DNA of 64,000 nt. Origin: Octopus sinensis (lineage: Eukaryota). Under the pieces are notes generated by a model. That model worked only from the letters and a program-made list of their open reading frames with translations, did no database searches and was not told the origin of the DNA. Where the stretch lies: NCBI RefSeq assembly GCF_006345805.1, contig NC_042998.1, positions 30,194,001 to 30,258,000 on the forward strand. Direction: 5' to 3'. Position 1 is the stretch's first letter. Each line of letters begins with the position of its first letter. Below, piece after piece: positions 1-9,990 of this stretch. Made by a program: the position numbers and the translations under genes.

Positions 1-1015
1 CCATAAAAATTAAATTTTCGATGTAATCAAGTCTGAATTTGTGTGTGAGTCGCCAAAGTTACATCTAAATGGCAAATCGGAATCCACAGAGAATGATTTC
101 CGTTTAGTCTATTGTATACATCCCATATGTGAATATGAAACCCCATGGAACCATGGGGTTTCAAATTGTTCCGATCATGCATTGGCACGGTGTATGATAT
201 AATACTGTATCTGATATGATCAGCTAAAAAGAGATAAATTCATCATCAACAAGACTTTATATATATACTTGACTATTCTTAGACAATATAGATTTTTCTT
301 TTCTGCTAAAAGGAGGTAACTTTCATGTATCTAGATGTTAATAGAGAAAACGATATTGTATTGATTACTCAAACGCTAAATGATGAAGGAACTCACGAAA
401 AAGACATAACTCATCGAATTTGCATTAGCATTTACCGTAGGAAATATGCAGATTTTCAAGGGTTTAGGGAAGGTTTTAACATTCAATATGATATCGAATA
501 ACATTATTTTACAGATTGCCGATAGAAGACAGTACAGAAGACAACTTCTAGTGTAGCATGACAACAAAAATAATAAAATAAGAGACTTAGGTAAAAGAGA
601 GAAAGAGATGCCGACCTGCAGGCATTGAAAAATGTATTTTTGGACATTGCAAAATCAGCTGCATAAAGTAATGCAAGAATTAAATCATTGCAATGCTGTT
701 ATTCAATGAAATACTGCAGTATAAGGATGGAATTTGTTTCTTTAAAGACATAACAAAAATACATGACCCACCAATTTCTTTTACTACTGAGTTTCTTCAA
801 ATAAGTATTTAATTTTTTAATATTTTTCAGTTACTTCTGTGAGGGATAGACTCGTAAGTTTCAGATCTCCAGTAGGTCAGTAACAGGTAAACTATATTTA
901 CATTGGTTCAAACCTCAAGAGGTTTGCTCAGAAATTCTAGTGGAATAAACACCACAAACCACTTCATTTGAAATCAACGGTTTGTTTACTTCCTCTGCAA
1001 TTTCGACTCATTCCT
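1..1015 (+). repeat. Old decayed repeat family, copy 1 (possibly transposase-derived)
   Basis: Patchy similarity to 1500-2345(-) and 10880-11500(+), e.g. gatgccgacctgcaggcattg vs gatgcccaaatgcaaacctta. Reading frames are broken by many stops and the family is not identified. Confidence 0.35.
688..969 (+). repeat. 282-bp inverted duplication, left copy
   Basis: Reverse complement of 2422-2703. One substitution seen (gtttcttt vs gttttttt). Confidence 0.97.
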
Positions 1016-1093
1016 TTTATATACACATATTGACACATACCGACATGTATTGATACAAACACTATGTGTTTATCTATGCGCATGTGTGCATAT

Positions 1094-1408
1094 ATCACCG
1101 TGATCACCGTGACCGACCAGGCTATCAGATGTTGCTACACATCGCTGGTCACAAAGCGCTTCGCATTGTTTTAGCCTTCAAATGGCGCCACCCCGCTGGC
1201 TAAGCGAGCAGGCCAACAGAAGAAAGAGTGAGAGAAAGTTGTGGCGAAAGGGTACAGCAGGGTTCGCCACCCCACCCCCTGCCGGAGCCTCGTGGAGCTT
1301 TAGGTGTTTTCGCTCAATAAACGCTCACAACGCCCGGTCTGGGAATCGAAACCGCGATCCTACGACCGCGAGTCCGCTGCCCTAACCACTGGGCCATTTC
1401 GCCTCCAC
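1094..1408 (-). mobile_element. tRNA-derived SINE, family A (tRNA-Arg-like head)
   Basis: Minus-strand head gcgaaatggcccagtggttagggcagcggactcgcggtcgtaggatcgcggtttcgattccc has A/B boxes. Its 3' part recurs at 56657-56784. Confidence 0.85.
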
Positions 1409-1499
1409 GTGTGCATATATATATATATATATATATATGCATGCATGTATGTCTGTATGTTTGTATGTATGTATGTATGTCTGCTATAGTGACTAAAAA

Positions 1500-2345
1500 T
1501 ATATTTAACGGTTTAAGTCTTTCATTGTTTTTGTTTTCATGTATGAGAGTCCATCAATAGTTATCAACCCTGTCACAGAGAACATCGGCTTTTGCTTCCA
1601 TTTTGGATTAGACGATGGAAGTTTACGTGATCTTTCATGCTTTAATTCGAAATGTAGACGAACAACGATGTTTCATGTGAAAGGCTTGATAATTGTTGAG
1701 GGACTTCCTTAACATGAAACTAATGGTAGTCTTAACCTATTTATATATTAATATCTTCTGAATTGTATGAAAAAATACTAGAAGCAGCACCTCCAAGGAG
1801 TAAGCTTCTGTTAGACTGAATGTTAGCATCATGACGAACCATTTCAAATATTCTACGAAATGTTTCACTGTTACGGTAAAGGATTTCTTTGAAATCTAGC
1901 AGCTGCAAAATCTTAACAACTGTAGACCGCTCTATACACATGATCTGCAAGCACAAATTTTTAACAGGACTTTGATTGGAGATAAGAAATGGATTCTTCA
2001 CAAGTCTGTTAACTGCAAGAAACAACACCTAAGCTCAAATCATAAACCTTTATTACATCCTCAGCTTCAGGAACATCCTACCTGTCTGCTGTGGCATGAA
2101 TTTAGTAAAAGTCACTAAGCTTATCGGAGTGTTTTGGTGTTGTAACATTTGCAGACTGCTTTGAATGTGTAGAAGTAGAGGGATGTTGATACTGGTACCG
2201 TTGAAGTGGTTGCCGTTTTAAGGGATTGGTATGCTATTCTTTGTACTGCAGAGTTGTTCTTCATGGTTGGTTACACATGCGATTGGCCTTAGCTGGCCTT
2301 TAAGATTCAACGCTCAGACACATACACGCATACACACACACACAC
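1500..2345 (-). repeat. Old decayed repeat family, copy 2
   Basis: 2060-2345 aligns in reverse with 10880-11170 (e.g. ctaaattcatgccacagcagacaggtaggatgttcctgaagctgag vs ctaaattcaggccacgacagacagagaggatgttcttgaagccgag). Frames contain many stops. Confidence 0.6.
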
Positions 2346-2348
2346 ACA

Positions 2349-2386
<38 letters not shown>

Positions 2387-2421
2387 TGTGTGTGTGTGTG
2401 AATGTATGTGCACATGTATGT

Positions 2422-2703
2422 AAATGAAGTGGTTTGTGGTGTTTATTCCACTAGAATTTCTGAGCAAACCTCTTGAGGTTTGAACCAATGTAAATATAGT
2501 TTACCTGTTACTGACCTACTGGAGATCTGAAACTTACGAGTCTATCCCTCACAGAAGTAACTGAAAAATATTAAAAAATTAAATACTTATTTGAAGAAAC
2601 TCAGTAGTAAAAGAAATTGGTGGGTCATGTATTTTTGTTATGTCTTTAAAAAAACAAATTCCATCCTTATACTGCAGTATTTCATTGAATAACAGCATTG
2701 CAA
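2422..2703 (-). repeat. 282-bp inverted duplication, right copy, directly abutting the PLE 5' junction
   Basis: Reverse complement of 688-969. Homology ends at 2703, where the PLE frame begins. Confidence 0.97.
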
Positions 2704-3972
2704 AAATCTAGAAAGGAACCTCCATTTAAAAAAGAATTACAATTACTTGAAGATAGTATATGGAAGGTGGTAAAAAATATTGAATTCCATAAATACCCAA
2801 ATAGAAATAATGAATATTTAAGGAATTTATCAATTAAAATTAAAGATATGAGAAATATGGATGGTATTATAGTACAATCTGATAAAACAAGGAACTTATA
2901 TAAATTAGATGTTAAATTATATGATAAACTATTAGGGAAAGAAATAATTAAAAAATATAAAATTGTTCCAGATGATATTCTTTATAATATTAATAAGGCC
3001 TCTAAAGTAGTAATGTTAAAATATGAGTTGGATAATAAAACTGAACCTTATGTACCTTTGCACCCCAGAATTACTCTTAAAGACCATAAAGATAATTTTT
3101 ATTCAGACCCTAAAGTTAGATTAATTTGCCCATGTAAATCGGATCTAGGTAAATTAAGTAAATTTATTTTAGATAAATATATTGATAAGTTAAATAAACT
3201 TAATTATTTAAAATTATGGTTTAGTAATAATAATACTTTGAAATGGTTTAATAATATTAAAGATAAAAATTGTTATAAATTTATTCAAATAGATATAGAT
3301 AATTATTATTCTTCTATTAATGAAATTGTGTTTAATAAAGCGCTTATTTTCGCAATGAATAAAGCGGGTATGTCACGGGAAGAAGTTAATGTAATTAAAA
3401 TGGCTAAGAAATCGCTAATTAAATATAAAAATAAATTATGGGCTAGGAATGATACTAGAGATTGTTTTGATATACCTATGGGAGCACCAGATTCTGTACA
3501 GGCTACTGATTTAGTAGGTATTTTTCTTTTATCTGAAATCCAATTAGAAAATCTTAAGATAGAGGGTGGTTTATATAGAGACGATCTTCTACTAGTTACA
3601 AAGAATTGTACTAATAGGAATCTACAAGTATATAAGAAAAAACTATATAGTTTCTTTAAAAGATATGGTTTAAGTATTACTATATATAAGGAGAATTATA
3701 ATGTTAATTATTTAGATGTTAATTTTAATCTTATTACAGGTAAAACACAACCATATCATAAACTTAATGAGAACCTTAGATATATAAATGTTAATAGTAA
3801 TCACCCATTTTCTATTAAAAAATCGTTGATTAATAATATAAGTAAACGTATTTCATTACTCTCTTATGATATAGAGATTTTTAATAAACATGCTAATTAT
3901 TATAATGAGGCCCTTAGAGGGGCAGGTTATAATAGGAATATTAATTTTATAATATTAGTGATAAAGATTTAA
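2698..3972 (+). CDS. PLE reverse transcriptase (5'-truncated; the frame shifts near 3945-3948)
   Basis: PLE RT motifs SDKTRNLY, ITLKDHK, RLICPCKSDLGKLSK, FIQIDIDNYYSSI (A), FDIPMGAPDS (B'), GLYRDD (C), NYLDVNF (E) and thumb YINVNSNHP. The TTG 'start' at 2698 lies in the inverted duplication and is not a real start. Confidence 0.95.
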   Translation: MQKSRKEPPFKKELQLLEDSIWKVVKNIEFHKYPNRNNEYLRNLSIKIKDMRNMDGIIVQSDKTRNLYKLDVKLYDKLLGKEIIKKYKIVPDDILYNINKASKVVMLKYELDNKTEPYVPLHPRITLKDHKDNFYSDPKVRLICPCKSDLGKLSKFILDKYIDKLNKLNYLKLWFSNNNTLKWFNNIKDKNCYKFIQIDIDNYYSSINEIVFNKALIFAMNKAGMSREEVNVIKMAKKSLIKYKNKLWARNDTRDCFDIPMGAPDSVQATDLVGIFLLSEIQLENLKIEGGLYRDDLLLVTKNCTNRNLQVYKKKLYSFFKRYGLSITIYKENYNVNYLDVNFNLITGKTQPYHKLNENLRYINVNSNHPFSIKKSLINNISKRISLLSYDIEIFNKHANYYNEALRGAGYNRNINFIILVIKI

Positions 3973-4964
3973 TTGTTAATTTTCGAGATACTTCTAATAA
4001 TAATTATAATTTTGTTAGGTTTAGTGGTAAAAATAATAGATATTATAAAAAAAATAATAAAAATGATAAAAATATAAATAAGAATAATAATAATAATAAT
4101 AAATATAATAATAATAATATAAATAAGAATAATATAAATAAAAATAAATTTAATAATTATTATAATAATTATATTGATAAATTTAATAATATTAATAATT
4201 CCTTAAATGCTGTACATAGATATAATTCTGATAATAATTTTAATAAAATAAAGAATTATAAATATATTTATAATAATGATAATAATAATAAGGTTAATAA
4301 GAATAAAATTTGGTTAATAGTTCCTTATGGAGATCAAGTAAAAACGAATATTATTAAAGAGATTTTAGATGTTATAGAACTATTTATTAGAGATAATCGT
4401 AAATATAGAAACATTTTCTCTTTTAATAATTTTGGAGTTGGTTACTCTACCACTAATAATGTTGGTAACATTATTTCTTCATTTAATAAATATAAACTGA
4501 ATAATTTTTATAAAAAGAAATTATTTGATAATAATATTAATAATGATAAGACTTATATTAATTGTACATGTAGAGATAAATCTAATTGTATTTTAAATAA
4601 TAATTGTGATATTAACGATGTAGTGTATAAATGTATAGTTACATTACATGATAATAACTTTAAGAATAATAATTACAAAAAAGCGGTTTATATAGGTTCT
4701 ACTTCCTCAAAAATAAAACTAAGAATCGCACAACATATGAATTCTTTTAAAAATAAAAACTTAATCAACTCAACCGGACTTAGTAAGTACATTTGGAGTC
4801 TTAAATCACTAAATATTAATTATAGTTTAATTTGGGAAATAATTTGTAAAACTAAATCATATACTATAGGAGCTAATTGTTGTTATTTATGCTCTAATGA
4901 GTTTAAAGAAATTTTATTTTATAAGTATGATAATTACTTAATACTGGTGAAGAGCGCAAAATAA
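3945..4964 (+). CDS. PLE ORF continuation: Asn-rich insert, linker, Cys motif and GIY-YIG endonuclease
   Basis: Translated codon by codon with no stop from 3945 to 4961. Contains IWLIVPYGDQVKTNI, YSTTNNVGNII, CTCRDKSNC...C, VVYK...VYIGST...KLRIAQH...TGLSKYIWSLK...WEII...CYLC. Confidence 0.93.
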   Translation, partial: FYNISDKDLIVNFRDTSNNNYNFVRFSGKNNRYYKKNNKNDKNINKNNNNNNKYNNNNINKNNINKNKFNNYYNNYIDKFNNINNSLNAVHRYNSDNNFNKIKNYKYIYNNDNNNKVNKNKIWLIVPYGDQVKTNIIKEILDVIELFIRDNRKYRNIFSFNNFGVGYSTTNNVGNIISSFNKYKLNNFYKKKLFDNNINNDKTYINCTCRDKSNCILNNNCDINDVVYKCIVTLHDNNFKNNNYKKAVYIGSTSSKIKLRIAQHMNSFKNKNLINSTGLSKYIWSLKSLNINYSLIWEIICKTKSYTIGANCCYLCSNEFKEILFYKYDNYLILVKSAK

Positions 4965-5014
4965 AATGCAGACATAAGTTACTTTACCTATATAATAAGT
5001 TTCATGATAAATAG
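4940..5014 (+). CDS. PLE ORF C-terminal tail after a second 1-nt frameshift
   Basis: The shifted frame reads NTGEERKIKCRHKLLYLYNKFHDK*, restoring the terminal KCRH motif typical of this endonuclease type. Confidence 0.8.
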   Translation, partial: NTGEERKIKCRHKLLYLYNKFHDK

Positions 5015-5309
5015 CAATAATAGTTCCCTTTTAGGTTACTTTAGTTTAGTTTAAATTAGTTTAGATAATATATTTTTGGTTATGTTGTCTAGGCTTTAAT
5101 TATAGTTAGTCTTTATTTATATTTCTTTGTTTTAATTAGTTCATTTTTAATGTATATATTTTGGAGGATATATTTATATGTTTATGGGTGTTATTTAGTG
5201 GTGTTTTTATTGAGTTTTGTATGTATGTGTGAATGTTTAAGATCCCTTTGTTTTTTGTTTTTTATTTGGTATGTTGAATTGACAGATTTTATTGGGTATT
5301 GTCTGTTAT

Positions 5310-6110
5310 AATAAAGTACACACACCCATAACAAATATAAGTGCCCACTTCATTCGATGTACCTGGAATTGCATGTGAGCCTCGGCATATACACCTAACG
5401 GCCACTCCCGCCCCACATGGATAAATAAACACATACATCCCCAAAAATGGGCGTAATCCCATTCACACCAATTATATGTATACAATTATACACACTAGAA
5501 TAATACATAACTAACCCAAATATACAGAACATACTAAAAATCACCAACTAACCACCATCACAAATGAAACCCACACCCATACAATGACAAAATTCCCCCC
5601 TCCATACCCAATTTACACCCACATAGTAATCCCAATATATTCATCCATATATGGACGTAAGTGCGTGAAGCACATGCACACAATTAATACGTACAACCCC
5701 CTAATACACACTTATATACATACGTATTAAGCTCGACATCCACAGTGATATGATTACACCCACTCACACCCAGATGGGTGAATTGCACAACCAGGGAACG
5801 CACACACACACGTGTGCGTTTTTTGATTGTGCAATTCGCCCATATGCATGTATGCGGGCGCGATTACATTGTTGCATATATCGAGCCCAAATAGCATGCA
5901 TATGTACATGTGAGGGGTACATGCAAATGACGTGCGCGTGTACCCCCTGCATTTATACCCGTGCGTGAATATACACATGGAGACTACCACACAGGTACAG
6001 ATGTGTATAGTAATGGGAGCCCCATCACTACACTCAATGTATACTCTCACCCATCCGCACGGATGTGTAAGTGTATCTCCGGTGTATATGTTGAGGTTTA
6101 TATGTAGCGT
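5310..6110 (+). ncRNA. Putative long fold-back RNA structure in the PLE 3' region
   Basis: Apex stem 5774-5805:5812-5843 (27 Watson-Crick, 4 G.U, 1 mismatch). Outer stem 5370-5395:6081-6106 (20 Watson-Crick, 6 G.U, no mismatch). Confidence 0.75.
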
Positions 6111-6164
6111 TGTGGAGGCGAATGTCGTTGAAATTGTGAATGAATGGGTGGAGTTGGGAATTGT

Positions 6165-9100
6165 AACCGGGTGGTGGACTAGCGTTGCTTGGAATTGTGA
6201 ATTGATTAGTGGGGTAGTGAGGTAGGCATCGGGAATAGGTTTGGGTTGCTGTAAGTTGTTTGTTAGAGCTGCTAAGGTGAGCTAAAGCTCATAAATATAT
6301 ATAATGATTTTTCATGGTAGTTTTTTAAAGAATCCATTCATTATAAATTTTTTTAAGTAGTGTTGGTTTGCTACGTGGATATAGTTTTTAGTTCCATTTA
6401 TTCTATTTCTCCATTCATAATTTAAATGACGTTTAATTTCTATGGCGCGTATTCTTTTTTTACATAAGTTATTTCTATGGTAACGTAATTTTGGTTTGGT
6501 TTTTTTAACGGCTAAGAATTTAATTTCACTTTATTATTTGAAATTGACTTGTAGTATGTATTTTATTTATCCTTATGTCATATTGTTATTTTTGATATTA
6601 TGGTTAATTACGATGTATTTAATGTTGTTTTTATAGGAGTGTTTATGTATATGAGATTGTGTGTGAGTTTTTAGTTGTATAATTATATTTATCTGTATGA
6701 GTGTGTGTGTGATATTGTGTGTATATATCGAGTTTAGTGAGTATGTATATGCGTATATGTGAGGGAGTATATGTATCTGTTGTGTGTGTGTGTTTTTTTT
6801 GTGTGTGTGTGTGTGTTTGTGTGTGAATGTGTATATGGGTTTGTTATTTAGGTTTTGGGATGTATGTGTTAATTTGTCTGTGTGGGGAGGGAGTGGGTTT
6901 TGGTGTATATTGAGGTTTATAAATTAGGATAGGTATGTGTATAAGTCGTGGGTCTGTGGTTTACGAGTGTGTATTTGTGTGTGAATGTTTAGGTTTAGGG
7001 GGATTACTATATAGGTTTGTTATAGAGTTTAGCAAAGGGAGATTTTATCGTTATATGTTTTTATGAGTTTTGGTTTATCATGGTTATTTTAGGGAATTCG
7101 TGGTAATTTGTCTATTTTCGATTTTGGTTGTTTTATTACATTGTTTCATTCATAATTTTTGAGTGGTGTTCGTTTTGCCACGTGTATAACCGGGTGGTGG
7201 ACTAGCGTTGCTTGGAATTGTGAATGGAATAGTGTAGTAGTGAGGTAGGCATAGAGAATGGGTTTGGGTTACTGCAAGTTGTTTGTTAGAGCTGCTAAGG
7301 TGAGCTAAAGCTCATAGATGTATATAATGAGTTTTCATGGTAGTTTTTTAAAGAATCCATTCATAATAAATTTTTTTAAGTAGTGTTGGTTTGCCACGTG
7401 GATATAGTTTTTAGTTCCATTTTTCTATTTCTCCATTCATAATTTAAATGACGTTTACTTTCCATGGCGCGTATTCTTTTTTTACATAAGTTATTTCTAT
7501 GGTAACGTAATTTTGGTTTGATTTTTTTAACGGCTAAGAATTTAATTTCACTTCATAATTTGACACTGAATTGTAAGTATGTATTTTATTTATCCTTATG
7601 TCATATTGTTATTTTTGATATTCTGGTTAATTACGATGTATTTAATGTTGTTTTCATAGGAGTGTTTATGTATATGAGATTGTGTGCGAGTTTTTAGTTG
7701 TATAATTTATTTATCTGTATGAGTGTGGGTGTGTAAATATTGTTGTATATATCGAGTTTAGTGAGTATGTATATGCGTATGTGAGGGAGTATATGTATCT
7801 GTTGTTGTGTGTGTGTGTTTTGCGTGTGTGTGTGTTTTGGTGTGAATGTGTATATGAGTTTATTATTTAGGTTTTGGGATGTATGTGTTAATTTGTCTGT
7901 GTGGGGGAGAGTGGTTTTTGGTGTATATTGAGGTTTATAAGTTAGTATAGGTATGTGTATAAGTCGTGGGTCTGTGGTTTACGAGTGTGTATTTGTGTGT
8001 GAATGTTTAGGTTAGGGAGATTGTTATATAGGTTTGTTATAGAGTTTAGCAAAGGGAGATTTATCGTTATATGTTTTTAGGAGTTTTGGTTTATCATGTT
8101 TTTTTTTTAGGGAATTCGTGGTAATTTGTCTATTTTCGATGTTGGTTTTTTTATTACATTGTTTCATTCATTCATAATTTTTGAGTGGTGTTCGTTTTGC
8201 CACGTGAATAACCGGGAGGTGGACTAGCGTTGTTTGGAATTGTGAATGGAATAGTGTAGTAGTGAGGTAGGCATAGAGAATGGGTTTGGGTTACTGCAAG
8301 TTGTTTGTTAGAGCTGATAAGGTGAGCTAAAGCTAATAGATGTAATAATATGATTTCATGGTAGTTTTTTAAGAATCCATTCATAATAAATTTTTTTTAA
8401 GTAGTGTTGGTTTGCCACGTGATATAGTTTTTAGTTCCATTTATTCTATTTCTCCATTCATAATTTAAATGACGTTTACTTTCCATGGCGCGTATTCTTT
8501 TTTTACATAAGTTATTTCTATGGTAACGTAATTTTGGTTTGATTTTTTTAACGGCTAAGAATTTAATTTCACTTCATAATTTGACACTGAATTGTAAGTA
8601 TGTATTTTATTTATCCTTATGTCATATTGTTATTTTTGATATTATGGTTAATTACGATGTATTTAATGTTGTTTTCATAGGAGTGTTTATGTATATGAGA
8701 TTGTGTGCGAGTTTTTAGTTGTATAATTTATTTATCTGTATGAGTGTGGGTGTGTAAATATGTTGTATATATCGAGTTTAGTGAGTATGTATATGCGTAT
8801 ATGTGAGGGAGTATATGTATCTGTTGTGTGTGTGTGTTTTGCGTGTGTGTGTGTTTGTGTGTGAATGTGTATATGGGTTTGTTATTTAGGTTTTGGGATG
8901 TATGTGTTAATTTGTCTGTGTGGGAGGGAGTGGGTTTTGGTGTATATGGAGGTTTATAAGTTAGTATAGGTATGTGTATAAGTCGTGGGTCTGTGGTTTA
9001 CGTGTGTGTTTGTGTGTGAATGTTTAGGTTAGGGGGATTACTATATAGGTTTGTTATAGAGTTTAGCAAAGGGAGATTTTATCGTTATATGTTTTTTAAG

Positions 9101-9224
9101 AGTTTTGGTTTATCATGGTTTTTTTTTAGGGATTTCGTAGTAATTTGTCTATTTTCGATGTTGGTTGTTTTTTACATTGTTTCATTCATAATGTTTTGAG
9201 TGGTGTTCGTTTTGCCACGTGAAT
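6165..9224 (+). repeat. Three tandem ~1.02-kb G/T-rich repeats
   Basis: Units start with aaccggg at 6165, 7188 and 8210 (1023, 1022 and ~1015 bp). The + strand is strongly C-depleted. Confidence 0.97.
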
Positions 9225-9990
9225 TTTATTTTTAATTCCATTTATTCCATTTCTCTCCATTCATTAATTTAGAGATGTTCGTTTCCAGAGCGGTTATACT
9301 TTTTATACATATGTTAAGTTCCTTGGTAAAGTAATTTTGTTTGGTGTATATGTTGAGGCTTATATGTACTTGTGGATGTGTGTGAGTGGGGTGGGTTTTG
9401 TATTAGTTATGGGTGTGTGGTTTACGTGTGGTTTTGTGTGTGAATGTATAGGTTAAAGGAATTGCTATATAAGTATGTTTAGTGTTTTTAGTAAAGGGAG
9501 GTTTTATCATTTCTGTTTTGTGAGTTTTAGCTTATCATGGTAGTTTTAAAAAGAATCCATTCATAATTTTTGTGTTTATTTGTCTGTGTGGGGTTGAGTG
9601 GGTTTTTGGAGTATATGTTGAGGTTTATATGTATGTATTGGTATGTGTAAGTGGTGTGGGTATTTGTATATGTCGTGGGTGTGTGGTTTACGTGTGTGTA
9701 TTTTGTGTGTGAATGTTTAGGTTAGGGGGATTGCTATATAGGTTTGTTATAGAGTTTAGTAAAGGGAGATTTTATCATTATATGTTTTTATGAGTTTTGG
9801 TTTATCATAGTAGGTTTGATAAGGAATTCGTAGTAATTTGTGTCTATTTGCGATGTCTGTTGTTTTATTGCATTGTTTCATTCATAATTTTTAAGTAGTG
9901 TTCGTTTTACCAAGTGAATATCATTTTTAATTCCATTTATTCCATTTCTCCGTTCATAGTTTTGAGTGATGTCCGTTTTCTAGAGTGTGA
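9225..9990 (+). repeat. More diverged sub-unit copies of the tandem repeat
   Basis: Recurrent modules gtctgtgtggg, ggtgtatatgttgagg, gtgtgaatgtttaggtt, aagggagattttatc and ttcataattttt. Confidence 0.85.

Noticed and set aside
1340-1408. Functional tRNA genes (also heads at 28712, 37389-37463, 52805)
   Set aside because: They lack a complete cloverleaf/acceptor stem and continue into SINE bodies or are truncated.
3945-3972. Programmed -1 ribosomal frameshift between RT and EN
   Set aside because: There is no clear X XXY YYZ slippery heptamer with a downstream structure. PLEs use a single ORF, and a second similar 1-nt loss occurs at 4940, so deletion or read error is more likely.
3945-5014. 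Selenocysteine recoding in the PLE
   Set aside because: Selenoprotein PLEs are described in the N-terminal-EN Naiad clade. Here EN is C-terminal, the Cys motif codons are TGT/TGC, and there is no in-frame TGA.
6165-9224. CRISPR-like array
   Set aside because: Units are ~1 kb and near-identical with no unique spacers, and the context is eukaryotic.
6165-9990. Mitochondrial insertion (numt) or canonical telomere array as the source of the G/T skew
   Set aside because: There are no mitochondrial gene or tRNA remnants and no (TTAGGG)n run. The repeats are homologous to the adjacent 5806-6164 arm.
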